Positions 28,633 to 38,300 of a stretch of 64,000 nt of DNA are shown one piece after another (positions within the stretch are counted from its first letter, which is position 1; each line of letters starts with the position of its first letter). The notes under the pieces are model-generated. The model searched no databases, was not told where the DNA came from, and was given only the letters and a program-made list of their open reading frames with translations. This DNA comes from Verrucomicrobiales bacterium (GTDB lineage: Bacteria > Verrucomicrobiota > Verrucomicrobiia > Verrucomicrobiales > V1-33). The position numbers and the translations under genes are program-made. The stretch spans positions 1 to 64,000 of the forward strand of contig JANOAV010000205.1 in the NCBI GenBank assembly GCA_031411295.1. The letters run 5' to 3'.

Positions 28633-30933
28633 GTGAAACAAACTCCCATCTTCTCCGCGCTGTTGCTGTCCCTGGGTCTCGCGTCCGCATTGCAAAGCTC
28701 CGCCGCCGATTCGGCTGTGCCTGGTTTGGTTCGCGGCATCAAGGTGCTGCCGGACAAGGCGCCTGATTGCACGTCGCTGAAATCGATCGTCGAGAGTGTC
28801 ACGCGCGGGCTTCAGACGAACGATCAGAAGGCAATCGCGATCTATAATTTCATGAGGCTGACGCACTACCACCGCGGGTATCCGAGCGAACCGGGTGGGG
28901 TCCCGGTGCTGAAGGAAATCAATACCTATGGGTGGAGTCTTTGCGGCGGGCTGCATGCGGAACAATCGGCGCTCTGGCGGGAGATGGGCTGGAACTGGCG
29001 TTTTGTCGGCTGGCCAGGCCACACCACGGTGGAGGCGCAATACGACGGGCGCTGGCACTATTTGGATGTCTTCCTGAAGTTTTACACGTGGATGCCAGAC
29101 GCCAATCATCCGGGCGGGCGCACCATCGCGGGCCAGGATGATATCGCAGCGGATCCGAACGGGCTGGTGCTGGATGCGTTCCTCCTGGACCCGTCGCGCA
29201 AGGTGGCCTACGCCCGTGGCAACGCGTTCGACATGCACGGGGAAAAGGCGAATTGGCAGGCCCCGGCGTTTCTGACCTGTGGTGATGATCTAACGGGGAT
29301 CGTCAATGGAGTGAAGGAGCGGAACCGTGCGGGGTCGGCTGATGGATGGGCCGGGATCAATCACGCGGAGGCCGGTTATTCCGCCGACGTGGGCCTTGCG
29401 CCCGGATTCGCACTGACCAGCACCTGGGATCGGCAGCCCAACGCGTGGTATTGGGCGGACTCGAAAACTGCCCCCAGCCACACGTGCGGGGACAAGGAGA
29501 TTCGCAACTCGCCAGAGAAAGGCCCCATCGCTGAGCCGTATCTGGCGGCCGACTGGAGTGCCGAGAGCTACGCCAGCGGGCAGATGGTGTTCCGCCCCGA
29601 CTTGGCAAATGCGGCCTGCCTCCGCTCCTTCGAGACAGTTGAAAATACGAAGGTCGCCAACGGTGCGCTGGTCGCTGCGGACCCCGGTCAACCGGCACGG
29701 GTGACCGTGTTGTTGCAGTCGCCTTTCATCCTCACGCTGGCATCCGGCACGGCGGACGGCGTGGAAAAATGTGAAGTCAGCACGGACCACGGCAAGGTCT
29801 GGACAGACGCGAAGCTCGCGAATCTTGGCGCGGGTCTCCGCGGGCAGGTGGAGGCGCGGGTGCGCCTGACGTTCCACACCTTGAAGAGCCTGCGCATCGA
29901 GGCCACGGTGCAGAACAACCCGTTCGCACTGCCGTTCCTCTCGCCAGGTAAAAACGAAATCGCAGTCTCGCTCGCTGATCCCGCAACGCTCGGAAACAAT
30001 CGGCTCGTCGTGACCTATGCTTATCGCACGGGCGCGCGCAGCAAGAGCTACGAGCAGCTTTTCCTCGAAGGCAAGGAGATCGCCCGCGGCCACGATGCGA
30101 AGTGGGACTCGGTGCCAACGGTGGTGCAAAAGATTTTCACGGCACGTGATCTGCCGGCAAAATTCAATATCGACGTGCCGACGCCAAAAGGTCTGCACCC
30201 GGTCTATCCCCGCATGGTCTTCCTACGCCGCGAGGTGCTCTCGCCCGGCCAAGACCCCTTGCCACTGCCCGCAGATGCGAAGCCGCCGACCTCCCTTTCA
30301 GGTGACGAACTGAAGACGCTCCCTAACCCGCTCCTCACTGGCACCCAGCCGCCCCCGCCTATCACCGTGCGTCCGATGAAGTCGATCACCTTGCCGCTGC
30401 TGGCAGACACTTTCGTGACGAATTCCGGCCAACCACCGGCTGCGAACGCGCTCCGTTGGCCGAAGAGTGCGGAGGAACCCGTGGACCCTGTTGCATTCCT
30501 CATCAGCGGCCAACTGAAGAACCTGCCTCCGCTGAAGGATCTGGCGGGGGCGCGGCTGGTGTTCCCCGTCTCCGCCGCCCATGAGAAAGCCCCGACCAAG
30601 ATTGGCGTGGCGTCCTTGAAAACTCCCTTCGTGATGGGGCAACCCTACGCCATCAGCCAACTCGGAGAGATGCTCGGCACCGCAACCTTGCCGCAGATGA
30701 CCGCCGGTGCGCCCGTGTGGTCCCCGCCCAGGGAATTCAAGCTGGACGTGACCCGCCACCTGCGCGCGGTTCTCAGCGGTGATGCGAAATTTAACGGCTT
30801 CGCCCTCCGCGTAGTCCCCGACCGCGGCGTGGATGATGGCTGGACGGTTCGCGTCCAACTACCGCCGGAGCCGAAGTTCTATCTGGAGATCGATACCTAC
30901 ACGGACTCACCAACGTCCACGGACGGAAAGTGA
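28633..30933 (+). CDS. Secreted transglutaminase-like (Cys-His-Asp) multidomain protein
   Basis: Signal peptide, 'WSLCGGLH' (Cys), 'GHTTVEAQYDGRWHYLDV' (His, Asp), beta-rich C-terminal domains. GTG start. Confidence 0.7.
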   Translation: MKQTPIFSALLLSLGLASALQSSAADSAVPGLVRGIKVLPDKAPDCTSLKSIVESVTRGLQTNDQKAIAIYNFMRLTHYHRGYPSEPGGVPVLKEINTYGWSLCGGLHAEQSALWREMGWNWRFVGWPGHTTVEAQYDGRWHYLDVFLKFYTWMPDANHPGGRTIAGQDDIAADPNGLVLDAFLLDPSRKVAYARGNAFDMHGEKANWQAPAFLTCGDDLTGIVNGVKERNRAGSADGWAGINHAEAGYSADVGLAPGFALTSTWDRQPNAWYWADSKTAPSHTCGDKEIRNSPEKGPIAEPYLAADWSAESYASGQMVFRPDLANAACLRSFETVENTKVANGALVAADPGQPARVTVLLQSPFILTLASGTADGVEKCEVSTDHGKVWTDAKLANLGAGLRGQVEARVRLTFHTLKSLRIEATVQNNPFALPFLSPGKNEIAVSLADPATLGNNRLVVTYAYRTGARSKSYEQLFLEGKEIARGHDAKWDSVPTVVQKIFTARDLPAKFNIDVPTPKGLHPVYPRMVFLRREVLSPGQDPLPLPADAKPPTSLSGDELKTLPNPLLTGTQPPPPITVRPMKSITLPLLADTFVTNSGQPPAANALRWPKSAEEPVDPVAFLISGQLKNLPPLKDLAGARLVFPVSAAHEKAPTKIGVASLKTPFVMGQPYAISQLGEMLGTATLPQMTAGAPVWSPPREFKLDVTRHLRAVLSGDAKFNGFALRVVPDRGVDDGWTVRVQLPPEPKFYLEIDTYTDSPTSTDGK

Positions 30934-31007
30934 AGGGCGTGACGAATAACGAGTGTGAGGAATGCTTTCCCCTCGGTGGGCGCGTTGTGTCCTTTATCAT
31001 CATCGTG

Positions 31008-31115
31008 TCACTTCCGTTTGGTGCGAGCTGGGTGCCAGATGAAAAGCCCACCAAGGAATGCCATGAAAAGCATAGCGGCCCAACAGGCAAGCATCCAAAT
31101 CATACTGAGCATCAT
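31008..31115 (-). CDS. Candidate 35-aa single-TM small protein
   Basis: MMLSMIWMLACWAAMLFMAFLGGLFIWHPARTKRK*; GGAGG 8 nt upstream. Confidence 0.35.
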   Translation of the reverse strand: MMLSMIWMLACWAAMLFMAFLGGLFIWHPARTKRK

Positions 31116-31187
31116 GACATCATCCTCCGCGAGCTAGTGGTGCTTAATGCATGCATGAGGTGTTAATCGGTCGAACGCGCATGGTTG

Positions 31188-31517
31188 TCATTTCTTATAG
31201 CCGACGATCTTAAAGAAATCGCTGATTTCATGGGGTGCTCCGACTTTGAGTAATACTTCCTCAATCTTATTTCTGGGGCAATCACGCGGATCAATCTCAA
31301 GCCATTCGATGGTGCAATAATTCGGGCCGACATGGTGAAACCATTCTGAATCCCACTGAGAAACATAGCCATTCAACAAATCCCGCGTTCTCCATGCCGG
31401 CTTTTTTTCGAATGCCGCAAACGCGAAACAAAGCTCCTTCCATTTTGTGTCGTTCATAAGGCAGGCAAACCCCTCCTCTTCGGCTTTACGCCGACACTGT
31501 GACGATAGAGAACTCAT
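31188..31517 (-). CDS. DUF6678-like hypothetical protein
   Basis: 'MNDTKWKEL...WRTRDL...WDSEWFHH...IEWLEIDP'; visibly more AT-rich than its neighbours. Confidence 0.65.
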   Translation of the reverse strand: MSSLSSQCRRKAEEEGFACLMNDTKWKELCFAFAAFEKKPAWRTRDLLNGYVSQWDSEWFHHVGPNYCTIEWLEIDPRDCPRNKIEEVLLKVGAPHEISDFFKIVGYKK

Positions 31518-31851
31518 GTTGTTTTGCGGAACATGTATTCAGCCTGCAAAAGAAGGGCTGAAAGTGATATTGACGGAAAAGGAAAGGCAGTGCAATGGCA
31601 GCATTAGCACTGGATTTTTACAAATCCCTCCCGACAGCCTAAGGGAGTTACGGTTGATAGTGCTCATGGATCATAAGGACGTTTTGTTGAGAGGCTGGCG
31701 CGAAGCGTTGACGGGTGATACTGCGGTAACAGAGGACAAAGAGCAAGGATTTTGTCAGGCAGTGGGATTAGCTCCCGGTGGATTTCTTGGCGCGGGATGC
31801 TTCCCAAGGTGTGGGGCTTTGAAAGCCCCAGGATCATGCAAGGAAGACACG

Positions 31852-32520
31852 TTAGGCTTTGGGGCGATGCCACAGCAGGTATGTGCCATAAGCCAGCGAG
31901 GTGATGGCGGTGAGAGCAGCGGGAATATAGAGAGTCGAGTAGCTGAGACGAGGGAAAGCAACCGCGCCCACGATGCCGCCGACGAGAAAGCCGGAGATGA
32001 CGAGAAAGCAAAGCCGCAGACGACGTGAATCCACGGGCAGACCGCGCAGCGTGTGGCCGAGAAAGATGCCGAGGTCGGTGAACATGCCGGAAATGTGAGT
32101 CGTGCGGATAACGGCCCCGCTGTAAGTGCTCACCATTGCGTTCTGGAGGCCGCAGGCGCACGCAGCGGAATAGAGGCCGAAGATGTTGTTGCGCTGGAGC
32201 AGCGGGATGGCGACGCAAAGCAGAATGGACTCCAAAAGGAGGGCGACGCCATAACGGCGTCCGAGCTGGAGGGTGCTGTCCTGAATGAGAAAGCCACTCA
32301 GCACCGTGCCGGCCAAGAAAGAGCCAATGATAGAGGCGAAATGGAGAGCCGCCGCACCATCGAGCGACGCCAAGGCCGCCGCGAGCATGGACGTAGTGCC
32401 GGTAAGGTGAGTGACGGCCTGATGCTCGAAGCCGAGCAACCCAACGACGTTGACAATGCCGCCGACGAAAGCCAGCGCCCACGCGCCAGTCCAGATCCAT
32501 CGTGGCAGCTTGGAGATCAT
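31852..32520 (-). CDS. YoaK/DUF1275-family membrane protein
   Basis: 'VTHLTGT', 'ACGLQNA', 'IRTTHISGMFTDLG'; multiple TM helices. Confidence 0.88.
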   Translation of the reverse strand: MISKLPRWIWTGAWALAFVGGIVNVVGLLGFEHQAVTHLTGTTSMLAAALASLDGAAALHFASIIGSFLAGTVLSGFLIQDSTLQLGRRYGVALLLESILLCVAIPLLQRNNIFGLYSAACACGLQNAMVSTYSGAVIRTTHISGMFTDLGIFLGHTLRGLPVDSRRLRLCFLVISGFLVGGIVGAVAFPRLSYSTLYIPAALTAITSLAYGTYLLWHRPKA

Positions 32521-32534
32521 TGGTTAAAGGGTGC

Positions 32535-32652
32535 GGCTAATGGTGCGCTCAGGTCACGGATCAGGCGACGGTAAGCAGTGGCCGTGCAGACGGTGAAGAT
32601 TTCCGAAAAAGCTCCCCGGCTTCCGCTAGTTCGGCAGCGGCGCCTGGTTCGG
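32535..32652 (-). repeat. Degenerate attC-like site upstream of the YoaK gene
   Basis: Minus strand CCGAAC-CAG-GCGCCGCTG ... CTGAGCGC-ACC-ATTAGCC. The YoaK stop sits in GCCTAAC, an R'' box (31851-31857). Confidence 0.45.
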
Positions 32653-32820
32653 AGCAGAGGAACGCGGGGAGTGGTGGATGCCATGCCTTGATGTTACTTG
32701 GCAATGCTAGGTAAGTCAACGAGAGCAGCGGGAGAAAAGAGGCGTGGGAAGCTGGTGGAAATGCATGGCAGCGGAATGGGGGCAAGGGGGGGCACGATGA
32801 GCAGACCCGTGCTCCATTCG

Positions 32821-33477
32821 CTACCTAACTTGAGCAGGCTTGGCTTTGAATGCGTTGCGCGCCTGGCTTGCGAGGTGTTCGTAGAGGGCTCCGAAGGCGC
32901 GGGCATCTGTTTCCTTGTAGAGTTTGAGAAATGGACCGTTGGTTTCGCCCAGATCCAGGATGGTCTCTCCCTGCCACACTACGGTGATTGACCGTGACCC
33001 TGCTTTGTAATGGGAGCCGATGAAACCGACTTCCGGCCCTTGACCCTGCGCAGCCTTTATTTCGATGGCTTTGCCGGCGAGCAGTTCCTGGCAAAGGTGC
33101 TTCGTGTCGAAGGGGAGTGACTGGAGCTGGGGCCGGGTGGCGGTCTCGGCACGCTCTTCATTGGAATCGTCGGGGCGGACGCAGTGGATCTGTCCGGCGG
33201 TGAATTCCCAGGTCTCTTTAAACTCGGCCGGGGAGGAATCGCGTGCGGTTTTCCCATCAGGGGCGCCCAAGCAGGCACTGACGCGGACGACCATGCCTTC
33301 AGGCAAGGCACCGGAGGCTTGGCCCTTTTCCAGCACGGTCTTGAGGTCGATTGCTGGGGTTTTCGTTGGTGGCTGAGAAGGGGCGGCGGCGGCGGCGGGG
33401 GCCGACTTGTCGTCGGCCGTGGCCAATGGCGTTGCGAGGAGGCAGAGGGCAATGGTGAGGTGTTGGAGTGGTTGCAT
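32821..33477 (-). CDS. Secreted hypothetical protein
   Basis: Signal peptide MQPLQHLTIALCLLATPLATA and Ala/Pro linker. Confidence 0.65.
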   Translation of the reverse strand: MQPLQHLTIALCLLATPLATADDKSAPAAAAAPSQPPTKTPAIDLKTVLEKGQASGALPEGMVVRVSACLGAPDGKTARDSSPAEFKETWEFTAGQIHCVRPDDSNEERAETATRPQLQSLPFDTKHLCQELLAGKAIEIKAAQGQGPEVGFIGSHYKAGSRSITVVWQGETILDLGETNGPFLKLYKETDARAFGALYEHLASQARNAFKAKPAQVR

Positions 33478-33617
33478 GCTTTTAAGGTGTATTAGACTGA
33501 GGGACGGATGTTCAAGCAAGGATACGCAGTTCGAGGATATTTCTTGGCCGAAAGTCTGCAAGATTTTTTCCTTGATGTTGCGTGATGGGGAATTCCTTTC
33601 ACAGTAAGGGAAAGTCT

Positions 33618-34904
33618 ATGTCTGCCTCCTCCGCCAACTCTGCTGCCTCTGCCAACACTACTGCTCCCGCTGCCACTGCTCCCTGGGATGCAAAACGCAA
33701 ACCGTCTAAGTCAGGTCGCGTGAGGACGTTGGTGGCTTGGCTGATTGGTGCCGGGGTGTTGGGAAGTGTTGTTTACGGGCTGATTCCGAAGCCGATTGAG
33801 ACGGAGATGGGGGTGGTATCGCTGGGGCCGCTGACGGTGCAGGTGGTGGAAGAAGGGAAGACGAGGGTGCGTAATCGTTACTCGGTAGCGGCTGCGGTGA
33901 CGGGGCAGATGCGGCGGGTCTTGCTGAAGGCGGGGGACGAAGTGAAGGCAGGGGAGACCATATTAACAACAATAGAGCCCACGCTGGCTCCTCTGCTGGA
34001 TGGCCGGGTGCGGGCGCAGACGGAGGCGCGGGTGCAGGGGGCGGCGGCGGCTTTAGACAAGGCGAAGGAAGCGCTGGAAATGGCGCAGACGGCAGCGCAG
34101 TTTGCGGAATCGAACTGGGGACGGATCAAGTCCGGAGAGAAGGGCAGCATTTCCCTAACGGAGCGTGAAGCAGCCGAGCGCGATGCCGAATTGCGGTCGC
34201 GCGAGGTGCGGGCGAATTCGTTTGCGATCAAGGTGGCGGAATTTGAACTGGCGCAGGCGAAGGCTTCGCTGCTGCAGTTCGATGCGCCAGCGGCGGCGGG
34301 AACGGTGGTGGAGGTGAAGTCCCCGGTGAGTGGTCGGGTGCTGAAGGTGTTCCAAGAGAGCGCGATGGTGGTCACGGCAGGGACGTTGCTGGTGGAGGTG
34401 GGGGACCCGAGGGATCTGGAAATCGAGGCGGAAATGTTGTCGCGCGATGTGGTGGTGATCAAGCCCGGGGCGCTGGTGCAAATTGAACAATGGGGTGGGG
34501 AAGCCCCGCTCCAGGCCAGGGTGAGACGGGTGGAACCGGCGGCATTTACGAAGGTCTCCGCGCTGGGGGTGGAGGAGCAGCGGGTGATTGTGTTGAGTGA
34601 TCTGGTGAATCCGCCGGAGTCCGCGAAAGCGCTGGGGGATCGCTTCCGCGTGGAAGTGCGCGTGGCCATTTGGCAGGCGGATGCGGTGTTGCAGGCGCCA
34701 TCAGGAGCGTTGTTTCGCGAAGGGCAGGATTGGATGGCGTTCCGCTTCGAGCAAGGGAAGGCGCGGAAGGTCAAGCTGAGTGCAGGGCATAGTAATGGTC
34801 GGTCCACGGAGGTGACGAGTGGGCTGGAGGAGGGGCAACTACTGCTGCTGCATCCACCGGACAGCGTGAAAGAGGGGACGGCAGTGGTATTGCGCGGCAA
34901 ATAG
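33618..34904 (+). CDS. Efflux periplasmic adaptor (HlyD/MFP)
   Basis: N-terminal TM, lipoyl-like 'VAAAVTG...GDEVKAG' and 'VKSPVSGRV', helical hairpin, 'AFTKVSALGVEEQRV'. Confidence 0.9.
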   Translation: MSASSANSAASANTTAPAATAPWDAKRKPSKSGRVRTLVAWLIGAGVLGSVVYGLIPKPIETEMGVVSLGPLTVQVVEEGKTRVRNRYSVAAAVTGQMRRVLLKAGDEVKAGETILTTIEPTLAPLLDGRVRAQTEARVQGAAAALDKAKEALEMAQTAAQFAESNWGRIKSGEKGSISLTEREAAERDAELRSREVRANSFAIKVAEFELAQAKASLLQFDAPAAAGTVVEVKSPVSGRVLKVFQESAMVVTAGTLLVEVGDPRDLEIEAEMLSRDVVVIKPGALVQIEQWGGEAPLQARVRRVEPAAFTKVSALGVEEQRVIVLSDLVNPPESAKALGDRFRVEVRVAIWQADAVLQAPSGALFREGQDWMAFRFEQGKARKVKLSAGHSNGRSTEVTSGLEEGQLLLLHPPDSVKEGTAVVLRGK

Positions 34905-34952
34905 GGGCGTGCACGGCACTTGCAAAGGTGCGGAATTGCGGTTGGGTGGAGG

Positions 34953-35408
34953 ATGATAAAACTCTTTCCCTGTTTTCTGTTCCTCGGTCTTGCGATCCTC
35001 TCTGTGCCTGTGGCCTCGGCCGATATTCCGCCGCCGGGCAGCGCTCCGATCGCAGCCACGGAGATTCAGCACACCACCGGGGCTGAAGCCAAAGCGTTGC
35101 TAGAGGCAAATGCCGCCGCGGCCGCCAAAGGCAAGGAAGCGAAAATCGTGGTGTTGGATGTGCGCACGGCTTCTGAGTTTGCGGATGGGCATCTGGCCCA
35201 GGCGAAGAATGTGGATTTTAATGACAAGACGTTTGCCGAACAAGTGGGCAAGTTGGATAAAACCAAGCCGTATTTGGTCCACTGTGCGGCGGGAGGTCGG
35301 AGCGGCAAGAGTCTGGAGATTTTCAAGCAATTGGGATTCAAGAAAATCATTCATCTGGACGACGGCTATCGCGGATGGACCAAGGCCGGCAACCCTGTGG
35401 TGAAGTAA
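34953..35408 (+). CDS. Secreted rhodanese-like protein
   Basis: Signal peptide, 'LDVRTASEFADGHL', active-site 'HCAAGGRS', 'LDDGYRGW'. Confidence 0.88.
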   Translation: MIKLFPCFLFLGLAILSVPVASADIPPPGSAPIAATEIQHTTGAEAKALLEANAAAAAKGKEAKIVVLDVRTASEFADGHLAQAKNVDFNDKTFAEQVGKLDKTKPYLVHCAAGGRSGKSLEIFKQLGFKKIIHLDDGYRGWTKAGNPVVK

Positions 35409-35417
35409 GTTAAATTT

Positions 35418-36803
35418 ATGGCTCTTCCCACCACCCAACTGGTAGTCGCGCAGCGCTGGCAAGAGTTGGCGGGCAAGACGCGGGCGCGGATCAATCTGGC
35501 GTGGTGGTGGCAGGGCGCGGCTCCCGTGCTGGCAGGGGTGGCCGGGGTGGCTTGCGCGGTGGTGCTGTATTTGCGGTCCACCTTGCCAGCATTTGATATT
35601 TCCATAGCGGCTAGTTGGATCGGCGGAGCCTTGGTGCTGGCGATCGGCGTGGTGTGGCTGTGGGCCCGCCAAAAGTTTATCGGCACGGACGAGGGCTTGG
35701 TGCAGTTGGAGGATCATCTGCGTTTAAAGAATGCGCTTACGAGCGCAGCCGTAGGGGTGGGGAATTGGCCGGAGTTGCCAGTGCAGGAGGAGCCCGTTTC
35801 GGATGGCTTGCGCTGGAAGTGGACGGCCATTTGGCCACCGACGCTGGTTATCGTGGGATGTCTGGCCATGGCCTTGTGCTGGCCGGTCACGCCGCCGGAA
35901 GTGGCGGAGGCGCAACCGATCACTCCGCCAAGTGCCACGCAGGAGACGGAGCGCATGCTCCAAGCCTTGGAGCAAAGCGACGCGGCCCGCCAGGAGGACA
36001 TTGAACAGTTCAAGAAGGCGCTGACCACGCTGCAAAAGCAACCGCCGGAGAAGTGGTATAGCCACTCGTCATTGGAAGCGGCGGATCACCTGCAGGATTC
36101 GCTGGCGCGAGCCGCGAGTGATCTTAACCAAAATTTGCAGAAAGCCGGGAGCAGCTTGGAGAAGCTCGCGCCGGAGAGTGGAGGGAATCAAGCGGGACGG
36201 GAACAGGCGGCTCAGGATCTGAAATCAGCGCTGGAAGGACTCAAGAATGGGGGGTTGCAGCCTAACGAGGAACTCTTAAAAAAGTTAAAAGCGCTGGATC
36301 CGGAACAACTGCAAAAGCAGATGACCAAGGAGCAATTGCAGGAACTCAAGGAGGCCATGAAGCAGAATCAACAGGCGCTGCAAGACGCGATGAAAGGTAA
36401 GGGCCAGGGAGAAAAGGGGGAGGGCATGAGCGATGAAGAGAAGGCCATGCGGGAGGCGCTGAAAAAAGGCGCTCCAGGCGAAGGGGAGGGCGATCAAGAG
36501 GGGGAAGGCCAGGAGGGTGAGGGGGAGCCGCAACGCGGCCCGGGCACGGTGGATCTCAAGATGCGACGGAAGGAGAGTGATCTGGGCACGAACAACCCCG
36601 AAAAAGAACAGACGCACGATTTAAAACGCCTCACCCCAGGGGAGCTATTGGGCACGAGCGATGGTGAGCATGACGTGGACAAGACCGTGGACGGCACTCT
36701 CAGTAGCGATGGCACCTCCGCTACGGGCGTGGGCGGGGATGCGGTGCGGAAGGAGAGTTTACTGCCGGAAGAAAAGCGCGTCCTGCGCAAGTATTTCAAG
36801 TAA
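35418..36803 (+). CDS. Membrane protein with long coiled coil and Gly/Glu-rich tail
   Basis: Three TM segments followed by a Q/E/K-rich helical region; ends 'EKRVLRKYFK'. Confidence 0.7.
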   Translation: MALPTTQLVVAQRWQELAGKTRARINLAWWWQGAAPVLAGVAGVACAVVLYLRSTLPAFDISIAASWIGGALVLAIGVVWLWARQKFIGTDEGLVQLEDHLRLKNALTSAAVGVGNWPELPVQEEPVSDGLRWKWTAIWPPTLVIVGCLAMALCWPVTPPEVAEAQPITPPSATQETERMLQALEQSDAARQEDIEQFKKALTTLQKQPPEKWYSHSSLEAADHLQDSLARAASDLNQNLQKAGSSLEKLAPESGGNQAGREQAAQDLKSALEGLKNGGLQPNEELLKKLKALDPEQLQKQMTKEQLQELKEAMKQNQQALQDAMKGKGQGEKGEGMSDEEKAMREALKKGAPGEGEGDQEGEGQEGEGEPQRGPGTVDLKMRRKESDLGTNNPEKEQTHDLKRLTPGELLGTSDGEHDVDKTVDGTLSSDGTSATGVGGDAVRKESLLPEEKRVLRKYFK

Positions 36804-36824
36804 GCTGGGGTGATCATCGCCACC

Positions 36825-36915
36825 GTAGTTCGGGGCTTTAGCCCGTCGAACCGTCCCCGTGAATCAGGCATCAGAATCCGCCGGGACATGCCTGCGGGCT
36901 AAAGCCCATGACTAC
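36825..36915. repeat. REP-like inverted doublet, family 2
   Basis: GTAGTTCGGGGCTTTAGCCC ... GGGCTAAAGCCCATGACTAC; homologous copy at 54395-54482. Confidence 0.8.
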
Positions 36916-36931
36916 TTGCTAAGAACACCCC

Positions 36932-36969
36932 AAAGTAAATGGCGTCACCCGTTGACACGAGTGACGCCA
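36932..36969 (-). terminator. Rho-independent terminator of glnII
   Basis: Stem TGGCGTCAC/GTGACGCCA (36940-36969) followed on the minus strand by TTTACTTT. Confidence 0.65.
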
Positions 36970-36995
36970 CTGAAGGAGTTAGCTAAGCGCTAAAA

Positions 36996-38015
36996 TTAAG
37001 CCGTCGGGACTTCGGAGATGGTCTTCAGAATCCGGCTGGCGATCTGGTAGGGATCCCCTTGGGAGTTCGGACGACGGTCTTCGAGGTAGCCTTTGTAGCC
37101 ATTGTTGGCAAAGCTGTGCGGGACGCGAATGGAAGCGCCACGGTCAGCGATTCCGTAGCTGAATTTGTCGATGGATTGCGTTTCGTGCAGACCGGTCAGA
37201 CGCATGTGGTTGTCTGGTCCGTAAACGGCAATGTGCTCATTGACGTTCTTCTCGAAGGCCGCCATGAGCTTCTCGAAGTAATCCTTGCCACCCTTCTCAC
37301 GCAGATGTTCCGTGGAGAAGTTGGCGTGCATCCCGGAACCATTCCAGTCGGTGTGCATGCCCAGTGGTTTGCAATGATACTCGATATCGATGCCGTATTT
37401 CTCGCAGAGACGCTCGAGGATGTAACGGGCGATCCAGACCTCGTCGGCACACCGCTTGGAGCCTTTGCCGAAGATTTGGAATTCCCATTGGCCTTTGGCC
37501 ACTTCGGCGTTGATGCCTTCATGGTTGATGCCGGCATCCAAGCAGATGTCGAGATGTTCCTCAACAATCTGACGGGCGATATCGCCCACGTTCTTGTAGC
37601 CCACGCCCGTGTAGTAGGGGCCTTGGGGGGCGGGGTAGCCACCAACCGGGAAGCCCAGCGGACGCCCGTCCTGATACATGAAATATTCCTGCTCGAAGCC
37701 GAACCAGGCGCCTGGATCGTCCAGAATGGTGGCGCGGTGGTTGGAGACGTGTGGGGTGCCGTCAGCGTTCATCACTTCGCACATGACAAGGGCCCCGTTT
37801 TTGCGGGTGCTGTCAGGGAAGATGGCAACTGGCTTGAGCACGCAGTCGGAACTGCGGCCCGGGGCTTGTTGCGTGGAGGAGCCGTCAAAGCCCCACAACG
37901 GAAGTTCTTCCAGTTTGGGGAAGCTGGCATATTCCTTGATTTGGGTTTTTCCACGAAGGTTTGGCACGGGGGTGTAACCGTCGAGCCAGATGTATTCCAA
38001 TTTGTATTTGGCCAT
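36996..38015 (-). CDS. glnII: Glutamine synthetase type II
   Basis: 339 aa, 'EYIWLDG', 'WGFDGSST', 'GFEQEY', 'NAEVAKGQWEFQ', 'DWNGSGMH', 'RLTGLHET', 'GYLEDRRP'. Confidence 0.95.
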   Translation of the reverse strand: MAKYKLEYIWLDGYTPVPNLRGKTQIKEYASFPKLEELPLWGFDGSSTQQAPGRSSDCVLKPVAIFPDSTRKNGALVMCEVMNADGTPHVSNHRATILDDPGAWFGFEQEYFMYQDGRPLGFPVGGYPAPQGPYYTGVGYKNVGDIARQIVEEHLDICLDAGINHEGINAEVAKGQWEFQIFGKGSKRCADEVWIARYILERLCEKYGIDIEYHCKPLGMHTDWNGSGMHANFSTEHLREKGGKDYFEKLMAAFEKNVNEHIAVYGPDNHMRLTGLHETQSIDKFSYGIADRGASIRVPHSFANNGYKGYLEDRRPNSQGDPYQIASRILKTISEVPTA

Positions 38016-38122
38016 GTGTATTTGGTTCTGTCTGTTGTTGATGGGGTGAAGTCACGTTTGAAATTTGAGAGACGCAACGGACCAAAGTCACCAGGAGAGG
38101 TGGTTTGGCATACCTTGAGAAA

Positions 38123-38138
38123 AGCACTAAACGTGCCA
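38123..38138 (-). promoter_or_regulatory. Sigma-54 (-24/-12) promoter of glnII
   Basis: TGGCACGTTTAGTGCT has GG-N10-GC, about 110 nt upstream of the glnII ATG. Confidence 0.7.
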
Positions 38139-38300
38139 ATTTCGATTGGCAAGCACTCCATTTTAGAAATTGCAGGAAAGGGATCAGGATACGCGCAATT
38201 TGTTGGGGTTGAATCTTCAACTACGCTGGTTCAGAGTGGGGAACTCGACTGCGCAGGGGATCTGGGCAGCGTTCGATTACTACTCAAACTTTTCATTTTC

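Noticed and set aside
10760..30933. Canonical Tc toxin (TcB/TcC) locus
   Set aside because: No SpvB, FG-GAP or RHS/YD-repeat protein seen in the window.
31812..31828. GGGGCTTTGAAAGCCCC hairpin as an IS200/IS605 end
   Set aside because: No tnpA/tnpB nearby; more simply a terminator or REP fragment.
37059..38300. N-terminal part of the 544-aa track ORF
   Set aside because: Antisense to glnII; only 38301-38693 looks like a real gene.
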